A stretch of DNA of 64,000 bases from positions 5,354 through 69,353 of the forward strand of contig CAWGBY010000021.1 of assembly GCA_963820855.1 (NCBI GenBank), in the 5' to 3' direction. The translations under genes were made by a program, and so were the position numbers. Below, one piece after another: positions 39,277-50,204 of this stretch. Source of the DNA: an uncultured Acidobacteriota bacterium (lineage in GTDB: Bacteria; Acidobacteriota; Vicinamibacteria; Marinacidobacterales; SMYC01). The notes beneath the pieces were generated by a model, which was given only the letters and a program-made list of their open reading frames with translations, ran no database searches and was not told the origin of the DNA. How positions within the stretch are numbered: the stretch's first letter is position 1; each line of letters starts with the position of its first letter.

Positions 39277-41193
39277 CGGCCTGCCTTTGTCGAACGTCAT
39301 CGTCGCGCCGCCGCCGAGCTCGAGCGTAAGACGGTCGCCTTCCCGGCGGAACTTCGTCTCGCGGCGCGAGTCTTCCGCCTCGACGAATCCCTTTCCGCCG
39401 ACGCAGTGGATCGAAGCGAGAACTTCGAGCGCGAGCGAGTCCCCCGCGATGGTGAACGATCCGCCGTGAGTCCGGCCATCGAGTGTGCCCGCTTCGTTCC
39501 TCATGTTGTAGACGAGCGCGAACCGGCCGCCCTCGAAGAGAGCGAGTCCTTCGGCCGCGCCGGTCTTCGCCCGGCTCTGGTAGGACGTCATCCGCCACGC
39601 GCCGTCGGCCGGCCCCGCCGGTCCTTCGGGGAGACGTTTGAGGCGCTGGACCGAGCCGCTGTCGAAGCGGATGACGAGGCGATCGCCCTGGATCTCGAAC
39701 CGGCCGCCGGCTTCGACCGGACTCTGGATGACGTTCGGCTTCCCCTCCACGAATTCCGACCAGAAGGGAATCGCGAAGACGATTCGGTCGGCTTCGACCC
39801 GGTATCGGCCGCCATGTCCGCGGCCGGAGTCCCGCGCCGGGTCCCATGCGGTAGACGAGCCCGAAGTGGCCGTCTTCGAAGATCATCGTCCCCGAAACGG
39901 GGATTTCCTTACCTTCCCGCTCGTAGCCGTCGAGGGTCCAGGAGCCTTCGAGCGCGTCGCTTCGATGCACGATCTCTCCGTTCTGGATGACGAGGCCAGG
40001 CCGAACGAGAGCGCCGATGTCGGCGAGCGGATCCTGTCGAACCAGAATCACGTCGGCGCGCTTGCCGGAAGCGATGCTGCCCGCCTCGGCGCCGAGCCCC
40101 ATCGCTTCCGCCGCGTGAAGCGTCGCCGACTGGATCACCTGCATCGGGGTGAGGCCGCCCGTCGAAAGACCCTGGAGCTCCTGCAGGTAGAGAGCGCCGA
40201 TGGTGTCGAGATCTTTCGCGTTCGAATCCGTTCCGACGCCGAACTTGACCCCGCTCTCCCTCATCTGGCGGAAGAGCTCCATCATTCCATCGCGGGTGTG
40301 GCCCAGGTTCGCCTCGAGCCAGTCCGCTTTGTAGGTGTACTCGCCCGCGAGCTCGCGGAGGTGATACCCCATGGTGGGGATGACGTAGATTCCCTTTCGT
40401 GCGAGCTCCTTCACCACCTCGGCTCCGCCGTAGGGGTAGAGGTGCTCGACACTATCGACGCCGGCCTCGACCGCGAGCCGGCCCGAGACCTGGTGGAGGT
40501 CCTGGGCGCCGCCCACGTGCGCGGTCACGCGAAGCTTCCAGTAGTGCGCTTCGTCGACCACCGCCGCGAGCTCCTCGCGGCGTGTAGGGCGGCGTGAGCT
40601 TGATGAGATCGACTCCGAGCTTCACCGCCTCGCGAACCCGCTTTCGGAACTCCCAGGGACCGTCCGCCTCGACGGCGAAGACCGGGGGCGCGAGCGGCTG
40701 GAACTCCGTCGCGTGCCCGGCGGTGGTCGTGATGAGCGGACCGGAGACGTAGAACCGCGCCCCTCCCGCGAGTCCCTCGCGCTGCGCCCGTTTCAGGGAG
40801 TAGCCGACGTGGTAGCGGGAGGCGACGTCTCTGCACGGTCGTGACTCCGATTCTCTGGTATGCCTCGAGAAACCGCTCGGAGCGCAAGGCATTCACGACG
40901 TCGTCTTCGAGGTCGCGCGCGCCCGCGAGCTTGAAGGTGATGTGCGCGTGGAGGTCGAACATCCCCGGAAGGATCCATTGCCCCTCGGCCGAGATTCGCG
41001 CGACGCCGGCCGGCGGTTTCTCCCCGACGGACTCGATGACACCGTCTCTCAGAAGGATTCCGGGGTTGGCGCGGGGCGCGGCCCCCGAACCGTCGATGAG
41101 CGTTCCTCCCTCGATGTAGAGCGGAGCCTCTCCTTCGGCGAAGCTCGCCGCGGCGATGATTACCGTGAGCGCGAGGAGCGAGCGATGCACCAT
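39275..41193 (-). CDS. secreted amidohydrolase with C-terminal tandem small beta-rich repeats; 4-5 frameshifts, 3' end uncertain
   Basis: GAGGGAGG then ATG 41193. MVHRSLLALTVIIAAASFA, LPGMFDLHAHI, then ORFs 40452 and 39236 (VTAHVGG, SVEHL, VGTDSN, GKRADVILV). C-terminal repeats are ..GTMIFEDGHFGLVYRM.. and ..GLALFEGGRFALVYNM.. (ORF 38815..39750). Confidence 0.7.
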
Positions 41194-41283
41194 GGACCTC
41201 CCTCGGTTTGTGAAGCGACGCGATGATAGCCGCCCTCCCGCGTTTTGCAATAGCCGGAGGAGAAAACCGTAGAATGATCCGTC

Positions 41284-42061
41284 GTGAGAATCGTCTTTCT
41301 CATCGTCGACGGCTTGAACCTCATTCGCCGCGTGTATGCGGCGACGCCGGAAGCCGAGGGCTCCCTTCATTTCGATGCCGCCCTCGCCGCGACCGTGCAG
41401 TCCTTGCGCCGAGCCCTCCTCGAGGCTTCACCGACGCATGCGGTCGTCGTCTTCGACGGAGCAGGAGCCGACTTTCCGCCACGAGCTCTACCCGGAGTAC
41501 AAGGCCGGAAGAAAGCCGATGCCCGAGGAGCTGCGCCTCGGGCTCGATCGCTACCCGGAGGCGTTCTCGAAGCTCGGAGTGTCCTCCGTGAGCAAGCCCG
41601 GAGTGGAGGCGGATGACGTCGTCGCGACGCTCGCGTCCGGAGTGGCGGTCCATGACGGCGACGTCGTCATCCTCTCGACCGATACCGCCTTCTGCCAGCT
41701 CATCTCGGAGCGCGTCACGGTTCGCGATCACTTCCAGAAGCGGCCTCTCGACGCACGCTACGTTCGGGAGAAGTTCGACGTCGGACCCGAGGAGCTCATC
41801 GACTTGTGGGCCCTCGCGGGCAGCAGCACGACTCACATCCCGGGTGTGCCCGGCGTGGGAGCCAAGACCGCGGCGCGGCTTCTCGGGGAGCACAAAACGC
41901 TCGAACGAGTGCTCGAATCCGCCTCCGGGATGAAGGGTAAGCTCGGCGAAGCGCTGCGGACGCACGCGGATCTCGCGCGATTGTCGCAGAAGCTCGCCCG
42001 GCTGCGAGTGGACCTGGACCTCGGCTGGAACCTGAAGTCGTTTCGCTACCGGGCGCTCTAG
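41284..42061 (+). CDS. xni: flap endonuclease Xni / 5'-3' exonuclease family; one frameshift near 41465
   Basis: VRIVFLIVDGLNLIRRVYAA, FRHELYPEYKAGRKPMPEEL, EADDVVATLA, LWALAGSSTTHIPGVPGVGAKTAARLL. Confidence 0.85.
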
Positions 42062-42273
42062 GTCTGCCGCTGGCGGGAGGCGAGGTAGAACCCGATCACC
42101 GTCCCGACCACCAGGCTTCCGAGGGTCGTGAGGTCGCGGGTGAGCTCGGTGGCGGTGATGGTGTCCATGACCCCGGCGAGCTTCGAAAGCTCGATAGCCC
42201 CCGCGAGCAGGATGTAGACGCCAGCGACGAAAAGGATGAGACGGCGTGCCGTCCGCACGTCGAGACCATTCAT
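42058..42273 (-). CDS. small two-TM membrane protein, hypothetical
   Basis: AAGGAAGAG then ATG 42273. MNGLDVRTARRLILFVAGVYILLAGAIEL...LGSLVVGTVIGFYLA. Confidence 0.5.
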   Translation of the reverse strand: MNGLDVRTARRLILFVAGVYILLAGAIELSKLAGVMDTITATELTRDLTTLGSLVVGTVIGFYLASRQRQT

Positions 42274-42479
42274 GATGTTGTGCTCTTCCTTGATGTTAGA
42301 AACTCGCGTCCTTTCTGTCAAACCGGGCGCTCGGAGGCCGCGTCCGCTCGCAGGGCTTCGTAGCCGAAGGCCTCCCGGGTGGCTTTTCAGCGGCGGTAAG
42401 CGTCTCGCGCCGTTGCCGGGTCGGTGATAGTATCCCAATCCGCAGGGTGCGAGTCCGTCTCTTCCGGAAGGAGGATCTG

Positions 42480-43631
42480 ATGACTAGATTCAAAGCATTG
42501 GTCCTGGGTGCTTTCGTGACTTCTCTCTGGGCGGCCTGCGGCAGCCCGGAGCAATCCACCGTTGAACAATTTTTCCGCGCCGCGCAGAGCGACGACACGG
42601 GGACGGTTGCCTCGATGTCTGCTGTCGGCCCTCCGGGGAAGATAGAATCGTGGAAAGTCGTCGAGGTCACCTCCCGCACGACAGAACCGTTCACGCTTCC
42701 CGAGCTCGTCGCGAAGTTCGAGACGGCCCAGGCGGAACGGAAGGCGAGTCAGGAGGCGCGCGACAAATATTTCAAGGACAACAAGGACGCGCTCGAGGAG
42801 ATCATCCCGAAGCTTCGCGACGATCCCGAGTATAAGTTCAGTGGCAAGCTGGCGCCGATCCAGCAAGAGTGGGAAACGATGCTCGCCGCCCGCAACGAGC
42901 AGGAAAGCGCGTTTCAGGAGCTCAAACGGACGGTGGACCGGGAAAGCGGGATTGCGTCGAAGTCCGTCATGCGCCAGTTGGACCTCGGGACGCTCCACGG
43001 AGCGATCGCGGTTACGGACATGCTGCTCAACCTCAAGCCACCGGATGGCGCGGAGCTGCCCTTCAAAGTCCAGCTTCGGAAGTACGACCTCTCCGAGCCG
43101 GAGAGCGATCGCGTCGAGCCGGCGCGTTGGGTCATCGTCAACATCGAGGGCGCGACGGAGGAGGCCAAGGCCGCGGCGGCCGCCGCCTCCACCGCCGGCA
43201 GACGTCCCGCGGAATCCTCCGGTGCCGTGACGGATGCCGCCGACAAACCCAGCGCGGCCGCGAGCAAGCCACCGGCCGGCGACGAACCGAACTACGTGCC
43301 GAAAGAGCTGCGCGGCTCCGCCAAGGTTCAAATTCTCGCGCCGAACTCGAGGGTCGCCGGCGACGAGGTGCTCACCACGATCAGTGTTCGCAACGTGTCG
43401 AAGGACTGGATAACGGGACTGACGGTGACCGAGCTCTGGTACGACAAGCAGGGAAACGAGGTCGGAACCGGCTCACGGACGCACCGGGAACGGTTCATGC
43501 CGGGCGAGGTCATCGAGATCGAGTTGAAGATGAAAAAGCGCCCCGACTTCTATCAGAGCCAGTACCAGTTCACGCACGCGAACGGGGACGTAACCACCAC
43601 CAGGGTCGGAAGCTTCCCGAAGGCGATGTAG
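42480..43631 (+). CDS. lipoprotein, hypothetical (coiled-coil-rich N-half, Ala/Pro linker, beta-rich C-domain)
   Basis: GGAAGGAGG then ATG 42480. MTRFKALVLGAFVTSLWAACG (lipobox). Intact. Confidence 0.7.
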   Translation: MTRFKALVLGAFVTSLWAACGSPEQSTVEQFFRAAQSDDTGTVASMSAVGPPGKIESWKVVEVTSRTTEPFTLPELVAKFETAQAERKASQEARDKYFKDNKDALEEIIPKLRDDPEYKFSGKLAPIQQEWETMLAARNEQESAFQELKRTVDRESGIASKSVMRQLDLGTLHGAIAVTDMLLNLKPPDGAELPFKVQLRKYDLSEPESDRVEPARWVIVNIEGATEEAKAAAAAASTAGRRPAESSGAVTDAADKPSAAASKPPAGDEPNYVPKELRGSAKVQILAPNSRVAGDEVLTTISVRNVSKDWITGLTVTELWYDKQGNEVGTGSRTHRERFMPGEVIEIELKMKKRPDFYQSQYQFTHANGDVTTTRVGSFPKAM

Positions 43632-43657
43632 CCTGTCGCGACAAATTGAACCGCGGT

Positions 43658-43689
43658 GAGCGCGGCGTCTCTCGCTGAGCGCCGCGCTC
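43658..43689 (+). terminator. 10-bp perfect stem hairpin after the lipoprotein gene
   Basis: GAGCGCGGCG-12 nt-CGCCGCGCTC. No clear U-tract. Confidence 0.3.
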
Positions 43690-43702
43690 GCTCGGTTCCG
43701 GA

Positions 43703-44674
43703 ATGCTTCCCACGGTCGACCTGCATCGCCATCTCGATGGGAATCTGCGTCTCACGACGGTGCTCGATCTCGCCCGCAAGCATCGGGTGAGGCTTCCCGC
43801 CGACGACCTCGAAGGCTTGCGCCCTCATCTTCAGATCCGGGATCGGGAGCCGGACCTTCGCGCGTTCATCGCGAAGGTCGAGCTCATGGCGAGCGTCCTG
43901 GGCGACGACGATGCCTGCCGCCGGGTCGCTCGCGAGAACGTCGAGGACGCGCACGACGAGGGGATTCAGCACGTCGAGCTTCGATTCAGCCCTTTCTTCA
44001 TGGCGCGCGCGCATGGGTTGAGCCCGGAGAGCGTGGTGGGTGCGGTCGTCGAAGGAGCGTCGGAAGGCAGGCGCACGCACCCAATCTCCGTGAAGCTCAT
44101 CGGCATCCTGAGCCGGACCTTCGGGCCGGAAGCGGCCACGGTCGAGCTCGAGGCGCTCCTCGCACACCGGGAGCACATCACGGCGCTCGACCTCGCGGGC
44201 GACGAGGACGGCTGGCCGGGAGAGCTCTTCGTTTCCCATTTTCGGCGAGGCCGCGATGCCGGGTTTCGCATCACCGTGCACGCGGGGGAAGCGGCGGGGG
44301 CCGAAAGCGTCTGGCAGGCCATCCGCGATCTCGGCGCGGAACGGCTCGGCCACGCCGTGCGCGCCATCGACGATCCTGCGCTTCTCGACTACATCGCTGA
44401 GCACGGGATCGGAATCGAGTCTTGTCTCACGAGCAACGTCCAGACTTGCACCGTCAGGAGTTACGAGACTCACCCGCTGCGCCGCTTTCTCGATCGGGGG
44501 ATTCTGGCCTCGATCAATACCGACGATCCGTCGGTCAGCGGAATCGATCTCGCCCACGAGCTCACGCTCGCCGCCGAGGCGGCGGGGCTCAACGAGCGCG
44601 ACGTCCAGAAGGCGCAGCGAAACGCCGTTGCCACCGCGTTTCTTTCCAAAGAGGAGAAGGCGCGCCTCCTCTGA
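43703..44674 (+). CDS. add: adenosine deaminase
   Basis: [25 protein letters not shown]. Intact 323 aa. Confidence 0.92.
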   Translation: MLPTVDLHRHLDGNLRLTTVLDLARKHRVRLPADDLEGLRPHLQIRDREPDLRAFIAKVELMASVLGDDDACRRVARENVEDAHDEGIQHVELRFSPFFMARAHGLSPESVVGAVVEGASEGRRTHPISVKLIGILSRTFGPEAATVELEALLAHREHITALDLAGDEDGWPGELFVSHFRRGRDAGFRITVHAGEAAGAESVWQAIRDLGAERLGHAVRAIDDPALLDYIAEHGIGIESCLTSNVQTCTVRSYETHPLRRFLDRGILASINTDDPSVSGIDLAHELTLAAEAAGLNERDVQKAQRNAVATAFLSKEEKARLL

Positions 44675-44686
44675 GCGCGCAGCGCT

Positions 44687-47329
44687 CTACTCGGAGCGCA
44701 GGGTGGCAATCGGATCGATGCGGGTGGCCCGGTATGCGGGGACGAGCATGGCGACGAGACCCACGACGATCACGATGGCCGTGACGGCGGTGAACGTGGC
44801 AGGGTCGCGTGCGGTGATCCCGAAGAGGAGCGTCGCCAGGACCTGCACCAACCAGGCGGCGCCGAGAAGCCCCAGTCCAACGCCGACGAGCGTCGGCTTC
44901 AACCCCTCGACCACGATCATCTTGAGGACGCCGCTCGAGGGCGCTCCCAGCGCCATGCAGATGCCGATCTCGCGCACGCGCTGGCGCACAGCGTAAGCGA
45001 GCACGCTGTAGATACCGACCGATGCGAGCACGAGCGCGAGAGCCGCGAACGCCGAAAGGAGGAGCATCGCGAACCGCCGCTGGCCCAGCGAGTCCTCAAC
45101 CACGCTCTCCATCGTCATGATGTCGAGTACCGGCTGTTCGGGATCGAGAGTCCGAACGGTGCCAACCATTGCCCGGGTCAGGCTCTCGGGCTCGATCGCA
45201 GTCCGCAACACCAGCGTCATTCCGCCGAAGCCCACTTGCGCTAATGGAAGGTAAATGGCAGTTTCGGGCTCTCGCTCGTCGAGCCGGTCGGTCTTGACCT
45301 CGCCCACGACCCCGATCACCTCACGCGGCTCATCCGACATGAGGCTCAACGTCAAGCGCTTTCCGATCGGGCTCTCGCCGGGCCAGAAACGAGCGGCCGT
45401 CCCCTTGGAGACGAGAGCTACCCGTGGACGGTCGAGTCCCTCCGTATCCGCGAAGTCGCGGCCCTCGCGAAGCGGGATGCGAGCGGTCTCGAAGTATCCG
45501 GGGGAAGCCACGCGCACCGCCACTACCGGCAGCTCGGATTCGGGGACGGGCGGTGCGCCTTCGACCGCCACGTACTGCGAGGAGCCGCCCGAGAGGGGCA
45601 GGTTGTCGATGAGGGCCGCCGACTCGACGAGAGGAAGGGCACGGATACCCTCCAAGACGCGGTCGAAGAAACGGATCCTCTCTTCGGGCGTCGGGTATTT
45701 GGCCTGCGGTATCTCAATGGTCGCGGTCAGCACTCGATTCACGTCGAATCCCGGATCGACGGCGCGCAATCCGGCGAGGCTGCGGAGGAGCAAGCCCGCT
45801 CCGACGAGAAGCATGATGGCGAGCGCGACCTCCGAAGCGACCAGGAGCTTCCGGACGCGCCCGTCGCCTTTCGAGGAGTTCCCCCGGGCCGAGCCCTGCT
45901 TCAACGTTTCGTTGGCATCGCGCCGCGCGATCTGCCACGCCGGCACGAAAGCGGCGAGAAGTCCCGTCGAGACCGCAATCGCCGCGGTGAAACCGAGGAC
46001 CCTCACATCGAGAGCGATTTCCCCCGCGCGCGGCAAGGCCGGCCCGAAGACGGCGACGAGAGCGTCCACACCGAAGACGGCCGCGAGGAGCCCGAACGCC
46101 CCGCCGCCGGCTCCGAGGAGGAGACCTTCCGCGAGCGTCTGCTGCATCAGGCGAGTGCGGCTCGCGCCGAGCGCGGCGCGCAAGGCGATCTCCTTCGCGC
46201 GGCCGTAGGTGCGCGCGAGCATCAAATTGGCGAGGTTGGCGCAGGCGATCAGCAGAACCAGGGCGACCGCGCCGAGGAGCATGAGAAGCGAGAGACGCGC
46301 ATCGCCCACGAGATCGTCCTGGAGGGGCACGACCAGCGCACCCCAACCTTTGTTGTCTTCGGGATACTGTTCTTCGAGCCGCTTCGAGATGGCGTCCATG
46401 TCGGCCTGCGCGCGCTCCCTGTCGACGCCCGCCTTGAGCTTCGCGATCCCCCGGTAGTTGTGATTGTTGCGGATCGCGCGCTCCTCGGCGCTCCAGCCGA
46501 GCGGGATCCACAACTGAACGTCGTCGATGAATCCCGGCGGCCTCGGCACCACACCGATCACCGTGTGGGGCATGCTGTTGAGCAGAACGACTCTCCCGAG
46601 CACGGACGGATCCGCGCCGAATCGAGATCGCCAGATCCCTTCGCTCAAGAGCACGGTTCTCGGGCCGCCCTCCCGGTCTTCCTCTCGCGTGAAGCCGCGC
46701 CCGAGGCTCGGAGACACTCCGAGAATGGGGAGAAAATCCGCCGACGCACGAGCGGTGCTCACCGCATCCGGCTCACCCTGCCCGGTCAGTGTCCGGCGCC
46801 CGATGCGGTAAATCGCCATGCGCTCGAAGACCTGGTTCTGTTCCTCCCAGTCGATGAAGTTCGCAGGGGACAAGGGAAACGTAGGGGAGTTGAAAAGATG
46901 CGGCGGCGGTGTGTGCCAGACGCTCATGATCCGATCCGCTTCGGCGAAGGGAAGGGGCTTGAGAACGACGGCGTTGACCACCGTGAAGATCGCGGAGTTC
47001 ACGCCGATGCCAAGCCCGAGAATGGCGATCCCGGCGAGGGTGAAGCCCGGATTCTTGATGAGCGTGCGCACCCCATAGCGCAGATCGCGCAGGAGAGAAT
47101 CGATCGCCGGAACCCCGCGGCGATCGCGGTACTCTTCCCGCACGCGCTCGATGCCTCCGAGCGCGAGGACGGCGTTCCGGCGCGCCTCGGCGGGATCCAT
47201 TCCCGCGCGGATGTTGTCGTCCATGTGAAGCTGCAGATGGCTTTCGAGCTCGGCTTCGAGCTCTCGTTCGGAGCCGGCGGATCCAAAAAGATTCCGGACG
47301 CGGACGAGCCAGGCGCGCAAGGTCCTCAC
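44687..47329 (-). CDS. ADOP-type duplicated MacB/FtsX-like ABC transporter permease
   Basis: GTG 47329 (GTGA overlap with the padR stop). N-terminal 'permease prefix' helix (RELEAELESHLQLHMDDNIRAGMDPAEARRNAVLALGG). Two MacB_PCD + FtsX modules. Intact. The 5' extension of ORF 44687..47689 is spurious. Confidence 0.9.
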   Translation of the reverse strand: MRTLRAWLVRVRNLFGSAGSERELEAELESHLQLHMDDNIRAGMDPAEARRNAVLALGGIERVREEYRDRRGVPAIDSLLRDLRYGVRTLIKNPGFTLAGIAILGLGIGVNSAIFTVVNAVVLKPLPFAEADRIMSVWHTPPPHLFNSPTFPLSPANFIDWEEQNQVFERMAIYRIGRRTLTGQGEPDAVSTARASADFLPILGVSPSLGRGFTREEDREGGPRTVLLSEGIWRSRFGADPSVLGRVVLLNSMPHTVIGVVPRPPGFIDDVQLWIPLGWSAEERAIRNNHNYRGIAKLKAGVDRERAQADMDAISKRLEEQYPEDNKGWGALVVPLQDDLVGDARLSLLMLLGAVALVLLIACANLANLMLARTYGRAKEIALRAALGASRTRLMQQTLAEGLLLGAGGGAFGLLAAVFGVDALVAVFGPALPRAGEIALDVRVLGFTAAIAVSTGLLAAFVPAWQIARRDANETLKQGSARGNSSKGDGRVRKLLVASEVALAIMLLVGAGLLLRSLAGLRAVDPGFDVNRVLTATIEIPQAKYPTPEERIRFFDRVLEGIRALPLVESAALIDNLPLSGGSSQYVAVEGAPPVPESELPVVAVRVASPGYFETARIPLREGRDFADTEGLDRPRVALVSKGTAARFWPGESPIGKRLTLSLMSDEPREVIGVVGEVKTDRLDEREPETAIYLPLAQVGFGGMTLVLRTAIEPESLTRAMVGTVRTLDPEQPVLDIMTMESVVEDSLGQRRFAMLLLSAFAALALVLASVGIYSVLAYAVRQRVREIGICMALGAPSSGVLKMIVVEGLKPTLVGVGLGLLGAAWLVQVLATLLFGITARDPATFTAVTAIVIVVGLVAMLVPAYRATRIDPIATLRSE

Positions 47330-47676
47330 GTCGCCTCTCCGCTGCCAGTGAGGAACCGCGCCATGATCTCGGAGGTCTCCTCCCACTGTTTCGTGTCGCG
47401 CTCGATCCGGCGCCGGCCTGCCTTCGTCAGTCGATAGAATTTGGCCCGGCGGTTGTTGTCGGAGACGCCCCATTCCGACGCGATGAGTCCCTCCTGCTCG
47501 AGCTTCAGGAGGGCGGGATAGAGAGTGCCGTAATTGATGGAGAGCCGGCCGGCGCTGGTCTGCTCGATGCGGCGCGCGATGCCGTAGCCATGCTGCGTAC
47601 CCATGGTCAAGAGCGTCCGCAGCACCATCAGGCTCAGCGTCCCCTGCCAGACCGAATTGCGCTCGCCGCTCGTCAT
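47326..47676 (-). CDS. PadR family transcriptional regulator
   Basis: MTSGERNSVWQGTLSLMVLRTLLTMGTQHGYGIARRIEQTS..YGTLYPALLKLEQEGLI. 116 aa. Confidence 0.9.
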   Translation of the reverse strand: MTSGERNSVWQGTLSLMVLRTLLTMGTQHGYGIARRIEQTSAGRLSINYGTLYPALLKLEQEGLIASEWGVSDNNRRAKFYRLTKAGRRRIERDTKQWEETSEIMARFLTGSGEAT

Positions 47677-47683
47677 ATGGCTC

Positions 47684-47715
47684 TCCCATAGGAATCTAGC
47701 TCGATTCCTATGGGA
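47684..47715. promoter_or_regulatory. 13-bp perfect palindrome with 6-bp spacer, candidate PadR operator
   Basis: TCCCATAGGAATC-TAGCTC-GATTCCTATGGGA. It begins 8 nt upstream of the padR ATG and overlaps its GGGAGAG SD. Confidence 0.5.
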
Positions 47716-47735
47716 ATGCAATAGGGCGTCGCTGG

Positions 47736-49334
47736 TTACGAGCTCGAAGGCCGAGTCGCCCAGCGAGCGATAAGGAGCAGCGCGCCGACGAGCAGGTACG
47801 CAACGCCGTAGTCCCAGGCCGGGACCAGAGCTGCCGGACGTCCGTTCACGAGCGCTTCGAGGAGCGGTATGTGGACCACGGTGTCGCCTGGCGTGAACTG
47901 CCAGGAGTGCATCAAGCCGAGGAGCGAGAGAACCGCGGCTGAAAGGCTCCAGACCGCCGCGGCGGCGAATCGACCTTCGATGATCAGCACCGTCATGGCG
48001 GAGAGGATCATCGCCGAGTAGATGAATCCCTGCTCGAGCGCGAATCCGCCGTCGATGAAAAAGTTGTTCGCCTGCGCGGCTTCCACCAGCGCCGGCGAGA
48101 GCGCCATACCGGATGCGGTCCCGAACCCGGCGGAGCGCAGCGCGGTCTTGGCGACGAGCGTCGCCCAGGCCACGAGGGCGGGCACCATGCCGACAGCGAC
48201 CGCGGCCATGTGCCGCGGCTCCGTGACTTCGAAGGCCTGCGCGGTGATGATGATTCCGATCCAGACGATGATGGCGATGCCGGCATCCGGCGGCACCGCC
48301 CAGGCCACGAGCGCGAAGGTGCCGGAGAGGCACATGAGCGCAACCGCCAACCCGTTGAGGGCCGAATAGCCGGCGCGGGCGCCCACGCGTTTCAACGCGG
48401 GCTGTCCGATGTAGATCGACGTCGGAAACGGGGACCCGAAGAGAGCGGCCCCCACCGTACCGAGACCGTTCGCGACGAGACTCGGCTTCGGCTGAAACGT
48501 GTCGCCCGCCGCGGCGGCGGACTCCAGATTCTGGAGCGAAGAGATGGCGCTCAGAAGTCCCATGGGAACGATGATCGAAAGGTACGGAAAGAGGTGGCCT
48601 CCCTCGATCGCTGCCCAGGTCTCCCCGAACGCGCTCTTCGGGAAGTAGAACCCGAAAGGCCCGAAAGGGTCCCCTCCGATCGGCGCGAGTCCCGTCATCC
48701 AGGAAAGCACGCCGCCGAGGACCAGGACACAGAGACTTCCCGGCAGCTGCCACGCGACCTGACGGCGACCGAAGAAGAGGATGAATACCGCGAAGAGCGT
48801 CGTCAACCCGACGATGGGCCGTGCGTAGGTCTGAAACACGAACCCCAGAGCGAGAAAGCCCATCCCGATTCCCGAGAGCGTTGCCAGCATGGCCGCGCGC
48901 GGCGTAACGTCGAGAATCCGCCGGGCGACGAACGCGGTCACGATCTCGATGACTCCCGCCGCGAGAGTCGCCAGAAGACCCGCCTGCCAGGCGACCCGCT
49001 CGGGATCCGGAACGCCCTGGGCCATCGCGATTTGCTTCGCGGGCAGCATCACGAGAAACACGAAGGCGATGAGACTCGGAGTGTTGATCCCATAGGGGAG
49101 AGCGCAGACGTCGTCGCGATTCTCGGCCTTCGCGAGCCGAAGAGCCTGCCACGCGTAGAAGAGGTTTCCGATGAGAAACGAGATCGCGACGCCAGGTAGA
49201 ATGCGCCCGTACACGAGCTCTGGCGAAAAGCCGAGCACGTCCTGGCAGAGCGCCACCAGGATCAGGAACTGGACCAGGTGGTTGATGAAGATGGAGAAGA
49301 AGCCTTCCCAGTCTCCCTTGACGAAGAGCTTCAC
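47736..49334 (-). CDS. NCS2/AGZA family purine (xanthine/uracil-type) permease
   Basis: GTG 49334 (GTGA overlap). VKLFVKGDWEGFFSIFINHLVQF.., YGINTPSLIAF, about 12 TM segments. Intact. Confidence 0.85.
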   Translation of the reverse strand: MKLFVKGDWEGFFSIFINHLVQFLILVALCQDVLGFSPELVYGRILPGVAISFLIGNLFYAWQALRLAKAENRDDVCALPYGINTPSLIAFVFLVMLPAKQIAMAQGVPDPERVAWQAGLLATLAAGVIEIVTAFVARRILDVTPRAAMLATLSGIGMGFLALGFVFQTYARPIVGLTTLFAVFILFFGRRQVAWQLPGSLCVLVLGGVLSWMTGLAPIGGDPFGPFGFYFPKSAFGETWAAIEGGHLFPYLSIIVPMGLLSAISSLQNLESAAAAGDTFQPKPSLVANGLGTVGAALFGSPFPTSIYIGQPALKRVGARAGYSALNGLAVALMCLSGTFALVAWAVPPDAGIAIIVWIGIIITAQAFEVTEPRHMAAVAVGMVPALVAWATLVAKTALRSAGFGTASGMALSPALVEAAQANNFFIDGGFALEQGFIYSAMILSAMTVLIIEGRFAAAAVWSLSAAVLSLLGLMHSWQFTPGDTVVHIPLLEALVNGRPAALVPAWDYGVAYLLVGALLLIARWATRPSSS

Positions 49335-50093
49335 CGGCTGGCGAGGCTCCGGACGAAATGCATCGTGAACCGCGCCGCCTGATGCGCCGCGATCTGCCCC
49401 AGGCGCCGGTAGTCTTTTCCCGGGTTCGGCTGCGCGAGGTTGCTGCCGCTCCGGATCACGAGGTGGGGCACGCCGAGCTGCCAGCATACTTGCGCGGCGG
49501 CGGAGCCTTCCATCTCGATGAGATCGCATCCGAGCTTTCGCCGGATGTCGTCGATCTTCTGCTTCGTCAATCCGAAGACGTCCCCGGAACAGACTCTCCC
49601 GGTCCTCACGAGCGGCTGGTAGGTGTGGCCGTTCGCGGTCACCTGGTTTTTGGGAAAGGTGCGAATCGCCGATCGAGCGAGGCTCAGGAGAGCGGCGTCC
49701 GCGGAGTACTCATAAGGCGTCATTTGTCCCGCGAGCGGACCGCGGACCTTGCGGTAGATCATCCCGGACTCGGTCCAATTCCCGGCGTTGTGATGCGATG
49801 TCTTCTTCGAAATGATGACGTCTCCGGTTCGAACTTCCGGATTGAGGCGCGCACCGGAGCCGGTAAAGATGAGCTCGGAGGGTCGGAAGCGGTGGAGGAA
49901 GAGCGCCGAAGTCATCGCCGCGTTCGTGATGCCGACGCCGGTGACGGCGACGATCACGGCGCGTGCGCCGAGCTTGCCTCGGTGGAAGGGATACCCCTCG
50001 AGCTCACCATCGCTTCTCGAGGACAAGCGCGGGAACGATGGAGGTGACCTCCGACGGCATCGCGCCCAGAATGAGGGTAACGGCTTTGGCCAT
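49331..50093 (-). CDS. nucleoside phosphorylase / MTA-SAH nucleosidase family (PNP_UDP_1); one frameshift near 50015
   Basis: ATG 50093 gives MAKAVTLILGAMPSEV. Then ORF 49331..50026 (VTGVGITNAAM, CDLIEMEGSAAAQVC). Confidence 0.8.
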
Positions 50094-50204
50094 GGCCGGC
50101 GCGCGATGCTATCACGAGCCGCCGCCGCTCCCCTCCTTCCGCCGATTGGAAACGAGATCGTCTGCTGCTACGCTTCCTGAAGTCTCGAACGGAGGGACTC
50201 GGCC

